NCBI RefSeq assembly: GCF_006345805.1
Contig: NC_043000.1
Coordinates: forward strand, 70,556,001-70,620,000
Reading direction: 5' to 3'
Origin: Octopus sinensis
Lineage: Eukaryota
DNA length: 64,000 nucleotides
The notes under the pieces were generated by a model, which was not told where the DNA came from, did not search any database, and was given only the letters and a program-made list of their open reading frames with translations. A program made the translations under genes and the position numbers. Shown here one piece after another: positions 34,759 to 47,167 of this stretch. Positions within the stretch are counted from its first letter, which is position 1. Each line of letters starts with the position of its first letter.

Positions 34759-37700
34759 CTTTTCAGTGCAAGCATGACTGCAACCATATTGTTTCAGATG
34801 TGGCATGTTGGACAAGTTTTTCTCTATTATAACTTTGGGAGTGAAATTGTGCAGAAGTCTGTCATACATATATGTATGTCTCTATTACTATGCTTGTCAT
34901 TTTTTATTTTGACAGTACTCAAAAAAAAAATTGTGCTTACGTCCCAAAACTTAATGCTACAATAATAAAGATCCATTACAAGTGTTGGGATCAATATCAT
35001 TACAAAAAATCTTCAAGGCAATGTCCCTGCATTGCCACATTCTATTGATGAAAACATGTAAAATGGTAAGAGAGTGGGGTAAGGGGTACATTTTTTTTTC
35101 TCAAAATATTTTTATACATTGTCCCATAGTCCTGGAAATTTTTCATAAATACTAGTAAAGAAAAAGTGTCACATTTTAAAAATTAAATTTCATGTTTTGT
35201 ACCAAATACAAGTATACATTTGATATTGTTTTACTAATTATTTTACTCACTGGCATTGAAAGTATGACAGTTTTTTCCATAAGATTACCAGTTTAATATG
35301 TAATCCACTACATAATAATAATAATAGTCATTCAGGTGCTTTGAAATGTAAATTTTAATCATCAATATTGAAGCCATACATGGAATATATATAACACCAT
35401 CTTTAATAATAAAGTAACTTCCCTGGTCATATAGCATCATATACAGATTCTGCTCAAAAGTTTTTGTCTTGCTCTATGAAAGAAGTACATATATGCAGAG
35501 GTGTTCTGGAAGCTTATATTGTCAAAGGTGCTGTTATTCACAGCCATACTACAATCTTTTTGGGGTACTAAAAATGTTTTAAATAAACTAAATGAGACAT
35601 TAAGAGCTGCTTTTAATATCAATCATATTATTCTTTGCAGTTATCTAAAAAGATATAAAATGTCTACGAATATATATTTTGGGTTAAAGTTTGCTTCACA
35701 AACACATGCTTCCAACTTTTATCCAATTCAATAGTAGCTCAAGCAAAAATCTCCTAAGATACCCTCAGGTTGAGTAGTGCCATGTAAGTCAAATTTGATA
35801 CATGGAAACAGTGCAGAAGCCTGTCAAGTATGTATGTGTGAGTACCAGTGTAAATGAGTGGCATTTAGGTAAGGAGTTGAGTTTCTTTGCACTAAAGAAG
35901 ACTTAGCCATTTGATAAATGGTTGTGGTCCAATAACTGAACCAATAAAAGAATAAAACTATTCTGTATGAGAATATTTTATTCAACTCTAAGAAATTTGG
36001 TTTCCCTTCCTCATAAATCTCCAAATTTATTTATAAAGCTGACAGACAGAGAAACAGACACACATGGACAGGCATTGTTTATGATTTTTTTAAATAAATG
36101 TCCTTCAATCAAACAACCAGAAACTACTGGGATACAATACTTTCTAGTTGTTTATGTTACAACTGACTTAGTTTCCCAAAGGATACAAAAAGGAAGAAAA
36201 CTGTTGTTGTTTAGCTCCAGGTCAAACTTGATCAAGCAGGCTACTGATCAAAAGCATTCTATCTGTAATGACCAAACCCTTTTAGAATTATCTGGGGCTA
36301 CATTATCTAATGTGTTTGTCTTTTTTTATTTTTAAGATGGTAGAGGGCGGTTTGGGGAAAATTTGGCTGTTATTCCATATGATCACTCTTTCGTTGACTT
36401 GTAAAGGAATATGTTGATTAGAAATAAGAATTATATTTATCATTATCACTGACAGTCACAACCCATTTAACTGTGATTTAGGTAAAGGTACAAATGTGCA
36501 TGCACACACACACACATGCATGCACACGTGCCCAGACACACAAGCCCATATCTTTCCATCAAGAAATTTGACCATTCTCTTGAAATCAGTAACTCTAGTT
36601 GTGCAGATAAAAAATGTTAGATAAAATAACAACAAAAAAAAACAGTGCCACACCCATGACTTTTGGGAAAAGTTTATCACACTCAGAATTGGCAAAGCAT
36701 GGATAAGCTACCTATGTTATTTGTTAGCTGTTTGGATACTGCATGCTTCAAAAATTTCATGCTTCCAGAAATTTACTACTCCTGATATACCATGCACTCT
36801 TTCCTCTTTATGGCTCTTTTACTGTTCACTTTTCTATCTTTTTGTGTTTTATTCTATGTATTATGTCTGTACTTCCAGCTTTCATTGCTGGTTTCCTTTA
36901 CTTGACTTATGGTTAATCTTTTAATCATTCTTCATAAATTGTAGTATACCTGCACACAAGGATCAGACAGTACCATCAGAAAGTAAGAGGTAAATGACTG
37001 TAAAGTGGGGTTGGGGTACAAGCGGAATGGAGTTGATGTATATTTGGGGGCGGGAGGTGCAAGTGTGCTTGTATGTAAAAAGCTGGGTGTGGCAAACCGT
37101 GTACTGGACCCTAAGACAGTGGTGATTGGAAGGAAGTACTGATGGTGGAAGGTCTTATGTTCATATTCATGGTGTGGTCCACCAGTATCCAGATACAAAT
37201 TTCTGTTCATGCAACCAGGATCAAAAAGATTTTGCTTTTACATTTTAGGTAGTCCTGTTTTTTCACAACACCCACAAACCAAATGTGAGACTTCCTGACC
37301 TCCAGTGGTAACCAGTTGTTGCCACATGATTCCTACCAGCCCTTCTGAAGAGTGCCCAGGTCTTTCCCCCTGTCTCCAAACTACCCCATATACAAAACGA
37401 ATCGGCAAAGTCAGCTGAAATTCATCTATAAATACTGTTTTGCATATGTGTTGTGCATACACGTTGATATTCATATATACACACACACACTCATACATAC
37501 ACATATATATATGTACATACATACAAACATACACTCACATATAGAGATTTTTTTTTCCAGAAAATTTTCTAACATCAACCTCACCTGCAAACCCATTTTT
37601 TTTTCTATGGTGACATGCTTTAACAAAATTAGACAATTTCAATATTTTTCATTGAAGGAACCCAAGTCCATTCCCCAAATAACTGGGGGGAAATGTAGGT

Positions 37701-40451
37701 GTCTTCTATGTCTTAAGATTTTAAACTGATGCAAAAATAGTATATCATTTTCCTTTACTCAAAAAAAAAAGAAAGAAAAGAGGGAAAAGGAATAGTAAAT
37801 TCGATAGAGAATCAGCATTAAAAAAAATGCCCTTTATCAATGACAAATAGCAAAATGTCTAATTTAGTTACACCTCTTAATTTTCTGACTTCAAATCCCA
37901 CCATAGTCAAATTTGCATTTCATCCTGGAAGGTTGAAATAAAGAAAAACTACTAATGGCTACTGAAGTAAATGTAATGTCTAATTTTTATAACTAAATTT
38001 TATTCTTGATATTATTTATGAAGAAAATATTTATCATACAGACTCTCTACATAGCTGTTTACATAAAAGGTAAAAGAAATTTAAAATAATCTTTTTTTTT
38101 TTTTTTGTAATGAAGCTGATACACAAGACATATTTACATTTCAGTACATGAAAAGGTTACAAGAATTATAAGTGGAAGAATATTGCAACAGTGAAATGTA
38201 TAGAGCTTAAGAATAATTAACTACTAATAATCACACAAATTTCTCATTTAAAATTATGATATTGAAATGATTTGATAAATATACCAGTCTGCACAAAGTT
38301 AGCTGAAATGGATATAATGATGTATTATGTATTGAAATAATTATTAGAGCATAGCAGAATTATTTCTTTTGAAGTTAGGACTAAGTCTTCATTTTTAATA
38401 TATCTTTTGAGGTACGCAGTTTACTATGATTATTCAAGTTTGTATTTAGGGATGTTCAATGAAAAGGTTTGTATATTAATTTGAATGAACTGTAATTTCA
38501 AATTAAGAAGAACATGACCACATACATGCATACATATAAATAATACTTGTAAGCAAAAATAAAAGCAACTTTTACATCCTTAGCTCTTATGAGAGCTAAG
38601 GACATAAGAATCAGTACTGAAATTTTACTTTTACGATATTGTTCTCACAGCTACTCTTTATTTTGCTCTGATTAACAATAGTTGCCACTTTATGTTACTG
38701 CTTAAATGTTATCAAAGATGCATGGGCAACAACTCTTCAATGCCACTCCTTAGAGACTGTAATTTGCCTAAGATCATGTTACGTCTAATGCTCAAAGTTT
38801 ATTTATTACTGTTATCTGATTAATATCTCAATGAAGTTTAAAAAGTTACAGTGAAAGTATAGATTTTTAAATGTCGTTTCAATTCATTCACTTGCCACAA
38901 TTTTTTTCTTCCCCAAAATGGACTAACTGATTGTGGTTAAACCTAGAAGTAAAAACTTATTTTATACTGAAGTATGAAGAGGACATGCAGAGATGTCAAC
39001 TATCTCAATCTAGTATTAATCACATAAAAGTAGGCAAATAACAGCAGACAGCTGCCTACTTCAAGCAATATCTTAAACAAATTTTAACAGCAGAGGTTAT
39101 TAAGTTTATTAATGTCATTGATATCATTTATAAAAAATATTGCTTAAATTAAATTAAAATCATCTCAATACTGAAACTCTGTACTTTAAGAATCACAACT
39201 AAACATTGGTTGACCTAACATTGAACTATAAGTGAGGTGATAACCTCTAAAAAAAATTCCAATAAAAACAATCATTATTCACTAAGTTCTTTAGTTTTTA
39301 CATTAAGTCATTTTTAAGATCTTATAACTTTCTGGATAGAATTTTTTTTTAAATTAATTAGCAACACAAAGTTCAAAATACAAAGACAATGAACATTAAA
39401 AATACTCTAAGTAAAATTAGTATACAATAAAAGGAAAAAATCAACTGATGAGTTTGTAACCCATCAACATTCTAACAAATACTTTTAAGGTCAAAAGACT
39501 GAATGTATGAATGAATGAATGAATGAATGAATGGCTGGATTGATGAGCATTGTTGTACAGCCATTACACTTAGCAAACTCTTGTTTACACTCACAACTGG
39601 CCAGACAACATGCAGATGAAGAGGCATGCTTCATGAGGCATTTAGCACAATGCCCTTAAAATGACAGGAGTAGAAATTATGTAATTATATTGTGTTAATA
39701 ATAATGCCAGGATTAAATCATGCAGGTTTAGGTTAGTTGTGCAGTCTATTTAATGTTCAATTGCATTTATAACAGAAGATAAAATAGCAATGAATCTTTC
39801 AACAACAAAGTAGTGGTAACCATGACGTCAGAAATTGAAAATAAGAGAGAAAACAGGATGATATATTTAACATTGATTATTTTAAACTCCATGTAACAGA
39901 TAAAGAAGAATTTTAACCAAATTATTTTATATTTTTTATATGAATTTCTTTGTTGGTATCTTTCAAAATGACAATAATGTAAAGGATCAGTTAATTTTGT
40001 GAAAGGTCAAAAGATTATATAAACTGATATTTAAAAAATGATGGCGACATTTTAATTTCATTCTGCTCAAATCTTTATACATTTAATATGAAATAGTTTA
40101 CATTAGAAAATAGTTTTAAGCTAATTGATACATATTAATTGCTGGAGCTTAAGATATTTACAGTACAATGATTATGATACAGTTATTTTTTCAATTTGTA
40201 ACCTATATGTCCATATGTGTATGGATCAAAAACTTTGCCAGTTGTGTGTGTGTGTGTGTATGTGTATGCACGTGCACACGCATGCATGCATGTGAACACA
40301 GATGAGAGAGAAAGCAACGATACAACTTGAATACCAATCATATTTTATTGGTAAGATATAATCTCCTTTTAGCTAGTATTAATCATCACTTTTAGCATTC
40401 ATAAGCCTAATATTGTCAGATAACTTGAAGTATCTATATTGGGATGATTAA

Positions 40452-40669
40452 CCCTTTAGCATTCAGATTATTCTGTCAAATGTAATGCTTTTTTATTCAC
40501 ACTGTTTAAATAATCATGCTTTATCTCATATCTTTGAAATTTTGATGATGTGATTGTATATTTTTAGAGTAGCACTGAAAAGTAGGTGTGACAGGCTGTA
40601 TCTGACTGGACAGAACATAAAACAGGAAGCATATTTGGGCCAGATACGGCCAGCTTAAATGCTAAAGGG
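40452..40669 (+). mobile_element. piggyBac-type MITE
   Basis: TTAA-ccctttagcatt...aatgctaaaggg-TTAA with intact TIRs and target duplication. Confidence 0.85.
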
Positions 40670-41222
40670 TTAAACTAAGAAAAGTATGCCTTCTTTCTGT
40701 GATTCAGAAGAGCGGCATTACTGTTACCAAATGTTAAATGTCAGAGCAAAGTATGTCCAGTTTGAATTCTAAGGTGTTGGCTATAACCTAGATATTTTAA
40801 AATATATTTGAATTAAATATCTATTTCATTTTCATAAACTTATTCCACTCTAATACCATTTAAATCTCTCCTAAAAGTGTCAGTGGTATTCACTTTTATG
40901 GTAAACACCCCTGACAGATTTTTTTTTTTATGAAGACCACTTTTGAAGAAAAATAGAATAAACTGGCATTATTTGGGTTGTAGAGTATTCAAATATTTTT
41001 TCAAGTAATATAATAAAAGTTATTCTTATTAGACTTCAAGAAATACAGATCATGCATGGTATCTATGGGCATGTCTAAACTTTAAAAATGCTTATTCTAT
41101 TCTGGAATAAAATAATATGCTAGTTGTAAAACTACAGCATTCTCAGATTACATAATGCTGTCCATAAAATATTAATTCTTATCACAAAAAGTGCAATGAA
41201 TGAGTGGGTAAATTATATATGA

Positions 41223-41270
<48 letters not shown>

Positions 41271-43312
41271 AAGACTTTCTTAGTTAATTTCTCTATGTTA
41301 AAATGATTTGGACCAAAGGTCATTTTATGAAATTTAAGCTGACTTCTGAAAAATGCAGTATAAAATGATAAAAAAGGGAAAGTGCAATTTGTGATAGGAT
41401 GAGTTTAAAAAAATAAATTGAAAAGCAAAACCTATAGAGAACCCATAAAATGCTAACAAATATGTCATCATTTCAATATTCCACATACTGGGTGTGGTAA
41501 ATTACAAAATCAGTAGAGTACCACACAAAGTGCCTTGAAACATTTAGTTATGTCCCTTCGTGTTGAGCTCTTGTTATGGTTGACTTTGCTCTTCATCCTT
41601 CCAGTGTTGATGGAATATAACCAGTTAAAATGAATTTTGAGACAATGTGCCTATTAGAAAGAATTATATACCATGAGGACAGAAGGGTGATGGAACCAGT
41701 AAAGTACTGGAACAAATTCTTTGTGGTATTTAGCTTTGAGCTGGGATCAATTAAAACACCTCCCCAATACTTGATGATCTGGTACCAAAATTTTATATAT
41801 CAGCACCACTTTCCTGTCACTGTATGGTTGATCAAACTCATTGAGATAAACCACCAGAAAAATATAATCTACAACATATTTCTATTCTTACATTTTTTAA
41901 ATATTTGATTTATGAAAATTAGTCTATACAAATTTATGTTAAATTACATGTGATTATTTTAGTGCAATTGACAAAGTTCAAACTGCAAAGCAAAAAGTCT
42001 TCATAACATCCGTAGCAACATTCAATGGAATTAAGCTGAGATCTATTTATAGTGCAAAAATCTCTAATTAGATTTAAAAATGCACAATCTACTGGTATAT
42101 GACAAGTAAAAATATAAAGCTAAAATGAAACTGAGAACAGATAGATGAGAGAGCAAGAGAGAGTATTAAAATAGAGCACTGAGCAGGCAGATAGGCCACT
42201 AAAATAGCATGGCAGCAGATCTCACACAAGCACGGCCAAAACTATGCAGCAACAGGTTTAGTTGAGACCAATAAATAAATTTTTTAAAAATTTTAACATC
42301 CCATATAATTCAAAAAAGGATTGGACACAAATTAACATGGAAGCAACACTCATGAAGAAATATCAATTGGTTAGTGAAATTTTTGTAATTTTGAAGTTGT
42401 TAAATGGACAAAAAATACATCGGTATTAAGATAAAGTTGTGAATATGACTGTTAAAATCTACGTTACAAAAAATATTTTAATTATTTTCTATAGAACATA
42501 TGCTTCTTATACATTGTTTTAGATGCTTTTTAAAAGACAAATATATGTTGAAGTGAAAAACACCAAGCATCATCTCAGCTTATTTGTATCTGTCAATGAT
42601 TTAATGTTAGTAGAAAAATCATACTTGGCACATGTGTGTCATTTATCAATGGAGAGGACTCATCTGAAGAAAACATTCTCAGGAATTTTACAATCTGGCA
42701 GAAGATTTCTTCCTCTATACTACTATGTAACAACTATTTTAAAATTAACTTTAATACTTTGCAAAATAGCTTTACAGTAACAGAGAAGTTTGATGCAAGA
42801 ATAGAGGAAATATAAACTAGATTGAAACCTATAAAATCTATGTAAATAAAAATGTAAAAGGTTATATTTGAATATTAATTAAAGAATACAGGTTAATGGT
42901 GTCAAATGACTTCTACCATCGTTACTGAGAACTGGTCCTTCATAATTAATAAATTTTACATTTAACTCAACTATTACAGTCAGCCTTCTAAAGTCTGATC
43001 TAACTACATTTTTTTTTTACTAACTTAATTTCATGCCACTTTTTCTGATTTATATAATGTCTTTACTAATGCACTATTTTCTTGATACCCAATCACTTTC
43101 TCAGCTCAACTGCAATCATTTTGTCTCACAAAGTCATATGGTATGTCTGATAGACCATGGTGTCCTCTAATTGTTGTGTTTCTTCTGGCTTCACAGATTG
43201 AAACTTCTGACACAGAAAGTGTCAAATCTGCTCTCCATGCATAGCAATAATCCAAGTATCCTTAATAAAAGTAGTTGTTCTATAAATATTCCCCTGACTT
43301 TCATGCACTTAA

Positions 43313-44379
43313 CCCTTTCGTTACTATATTTCTGACCAAAATACACCCCTTATGTGTTTCAATTAATTTCTAACATAATCATAAATTTAGTCTGGTTTCA
43401 TTAAACAACTATAACTTTTTTATTTATCAATATATTAACGTGAATTTTGGAAGATAATTTAATGAAATGTTCTCAACCAATTCTATACTATAATTTTTGT
43501 CACAAAGTGACTCTAATTGCAGGTAGATACAGGTAAATTCAACAAAATATAAAATTATTACAATTTTGTTCAAACATCGCTATAGAAAATGGGTTATTAG
43601 CTAATATTCAATTGGGTATACAACAAAATTTTACGATAGAATTTGTTATTCTGGGTAACTTTCTGATACCCATAATAATATTTATGGCAAAATAGTCTTA
43701 ATTTCATTTAAGGTTATGGGAAACCACTAACTATCCTTTCTTTCGTTTTGTTTACATTTAGCGTAACGGTTCGTTTCCGCCGTAATGATTTCAAATAGGC
43801 TCATTCGAAAAAGTAAAAAGAAATAGTCTAAGGCTTTACTCTTCTGGGAAAGTCTGTGGCTTGGTCCAGTTTCTTCAGAAAAATCACAGAAAGAAACAGT
43901 TTTTAAATTTTCACTCCATTCAGGTGCCAATTCATTTTCTTTATCGCTGTCGGAGCTCTCGGATTCACTGTTTTCACTTTCGAAAAATGAAACATCAGAT
44001 TCATTATCAAATACCACATGCTTTTTTTTTTCAGTCATAGAGTTAGATTTATGAAAGTCTTCAGTAGAAAATCCTTCGAATTCTGACTCGCTGCTTGATA
44101 TAATGAAATTCGTATCCATTTTTTGTCAGAATTACAAATTTTGAAAACACAATAGGAACAAATTTCGGAAAAAAATCTCCCAAAATTCACGGAATTAAAA
44201 TTACACTTCGATTTTTGTACAAAACTGTAGTTGAACTCTTTACGAAGTTTAATATGTATTTTCACGATTGTACTAAAAAGATTTGCCCTGATATTCTCAT
44301 TTAAATATGAATAGGTAAATTCGGGCGGCTTCGGTCACATTAACCAAAATTTTTTTCGGCCGGTTTGGTAACGAAAGGG
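43313..44379 (-). mobile_element. Non-autonomous piggyBac transposon (1067 bp), internal deletion derivative
   Basis: Perfect 12-bp TIRs CCCTTTCGTTAC and TTAA duplications at 43309-43312 and 44380-44383; carries the transposase N-terminus. Confidence 0.92.
43727..44119 (-). pseudogene. Truncated piggyBac transposase N-terminus (130 codons, ATG to TAG, open)
   Basis: Acidic Ser/Glu N-terminus followed by EWSENL...FSEETGP...ALDYFFLLF...IITAETNRYA, typical of piggyBac/PGBD proteins; the DDD catalytic core is missing. Confidence 0.85.
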
Positions 44380-45514
44380 TTAAGACACTATACTATCATT
44401 AAATATAACTATGTCTCTTATCTATTGCTTCAACTCAACCAATCATATAGCTGATGGTCTTCATTCCTTGGTTAATCATATGGTTTCTTGTACCAATATG
44501 ATTAAACAACTGTACCAGTATATGTAAAACACTAAATATTTTAGTTTCTCATCAATTTGATAGAAATTTTATGGAATTATTTGTGTATCCATTAGTCTAC
44601 TTTCTATGATGTGGCTATCTCCTTGATAAAGCTTTGTGTTCAATACTACACATAATATTGCTTATTATTTGCCAAATTAATATTTGGTAATTTTTATTTT
44701 CTTCTAAATTCATTTCAAGAGTAATTGCAAAAAAAAAATTTTTAATCACAAAAAAAAAAATTATTAAAAAATTACTGCTTTAATTGAAAGCATCAGTTAT
44801 TTTTGATCTAAGACAAAATTCCAGTCAATTAAAATACAATTTGGAAAAATTACTGATAAATTAAGTTTGTCAAGATATAGTTAGAAGATATTTTTATTTA
44901 AAGTAAAATATTGAAAGTAGAGTTGATGTTTTTAAAAATGGAAGCATTCTTTCAGCTTTCAGTTACTATCTTCTCTAACATAATGTACATTGCTACAACA
45001 GTAATTTTTCAGGTAGTCTTTAAAACAAGTTGCTTTTAAATGCACAAAAAATTTTGTAAAATGAGCAACTTTTGTATTAGTGGAAAACTAGGAACATTTT
45101 TATGATTTAATCAGTTTTGTTTATAATTTAACTACTTTTATCACAAATTTTCAGCACTTGATTCTACATATAATAGTTTGATTGGATTAAATGGAATGAT
45201 TATTTTCATAAATTCTACACAATGTGAAATGGTAAATTTTGATTAATTTTTGCAGCTACCATATACTATGACCAATCCTTGTAGACAATACAGACAAGAT
45301 TATATATAATATATATATATATATGTGTGTGTGTATACATATTTATATATGTTTGTGTGTATGCATATATATATACACATACATACATACATGTATATGT
45401 TTATACACACATATACATATATCTCTGTGTGTTTATGCATATGTATTGACTTTAATTAATGGTCAGTAAAGAAATAGATATGCGAGTAATAAAAATAAAG
45501 AGAAGAAAACTCAC

Positions 45515-45532
45515 GATATATTGGCTGTTCAA
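45515..45532 (-). CDS. Candidate 18-nt microexon (LNSQYI, phase 0-0) of the demethylase gene
   Basis: Minus strand reads CTAATGATGTTCTTTTTCTTTCTGCTGTCCTTCCACAG/TTGAACAGCCAATATATC/GTGAGT: branch point, pyrimidine tract, UGC motif, frame-preserving length. No transcript evidence is available. Confidence 0.45.
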
Positions 45533-45669
45533 CTGTGGAAGGACAGCAGAAAGAAAAAGAACATCATTAGATCTGGACACGTTATTAGTATTGGATTGAT
45601 GATAAATACACATAGAGTGATTCCAGAGCAAGATACATTCCAACCCAACAAAGTTTGGTATTGGTCAAT

Positions 45670-45670
45670 G

Positions 45671-45758
<88 letters not shown>

Positions 45759-45783
45759 TAATAATAATAATAATAATAATAAT
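45670..45783. repeat. Compound trinucleotide microsatellite (ATT)n(AGT)n(AAT)n
   Basis: Read directly from the sequence. Confidence 0.95.
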
Positions 45784-45785
45784 AA

Positions 45786-46197
45786 AAGGCAGTGTGCTGG
45801 CAGAGTCATTAGCACACTGGACGAAATGCTTTATATTCTGAGTTCAGATGCTGCTGGTGTTGATTTTTACCTTTCATTCTTTCAGGTTTGATAAAAAAAA
45901 GTACCAGTTTTGATGTAACTGACTTACTCTCCTCCCCTGAAATTGCTGGCCTTGTGTAAAAATTTGAAACCATTGTAATTATTACAAAAGGCAGTGAGCT
46001 GGCAGAATTGTTACTAGACTAGAGAAAATGCTTAGCAGCATTTCTTCCAGTTTTACATTCTAAGTTCAAATTCTGCTGAGGTCAACTTTGCCTTTCATTT
46101 TTTGGGGGTCAATAAAATAAGTACCAGTTAAGCACTGGGGTCAATGTAATTGACTATTCCCCACCTCCAAAATTTCAGGTTTTGTGCCTATAGTAGA
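45786..46197 (+). mobile_element. Two tandem copies of a second tRNA-type SINE family; further copies at about 47200-47410 (+) and 47880-48040 (-)
   Basis: Repeated ggcagtgagctggcaga...gagttcaaattctgctgaggtcaactttgcctttc...aataaaataagtaccag. Confidence 0.65.
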
Positions 46198-46202
46198 AAG
46201 GA

Positions 46203-46492
<290 letters not shown>

Positions 46493-46930
46493 GGGAGGTG
46501 AACAGCAGAAGCAGTAAAGTGAATCTGAAATGTCTGGTGAAAATACTAGGCTACTTGCAGTATTAAGTCTTTTGATATCAACTCCCTTACAAATTTGCTA
46601 TTTTAGAATTATCTAAATTGATATTTTCCATCAAGATAACACAGTAATTTATGTTCCAAATATCAACTTAATAATAAAGAAGTTAATTTACTAAATTCTT
46701 CATTATTTTCAAAATTAACTGAAACAATAGCTGTGTATTTAAACAGAAATATGGCAGCAAAAGGGCTCATTTATTCTGAATTCAAATCCAGTATTCAAGG
46801 AGTCAACATTACCTTTCACCATTTCAAAGTTCCTATCATTGAAAAATATATATCAGTCAATTTTAGAAGAGAATGTAATAGATTTAATTGACTGTACCTC
46901 TCATTCAAAAGACCTGGATAATATGCTTAA

Positions 46931-47167
46931 CCCTTTAGTATTCACATTATTCTATGAATACTAAAAAATAAGAAGAAGTAATGCATATTTATTTGTATTG
47001 GTTTGATTTAATCAAGCATTATCTTGTAGCTTTGAGATTTTGATGGGGTAAATATGAATTTCTGGAATGATACTGCACGGTTGGTGTGAGATGCCACATC
47101 TGGCCAGCTTGAACTTAAAACAAATAGAATATTTTGGCCAGATACAGCTAGTTTAAATGCTAAAGGG
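46931..47167 (+). mobile_element. piggyBac-type MITE
   Basis: TTAA-ccctttagtatt...aatgctaaaggg-TTAA. Confidence 0.85.

Noticed and set aside
36932-37420. GC-richer block with 92- and 98-aa minus-strand ORFs
   Set aside because: No recognisable domain or KDM7 similarity; probably an old retroelement remnant that I cannot classify.
38577-38602. Perfect 11-bp hairpin tccttagctct-tatg-agagctaagga
   Set aside because: Too short for a miRNA precursor, has no context, and is plausible by chance or as a repair footprint.
42625-42663. 39-nt cryptic exon (ttttcttcAG ... GTATGA)
   Set aside because: It has a stop in the required phase and only moderate splice signals; such sites are expected by chance in 30 kb of AT-rich intron.
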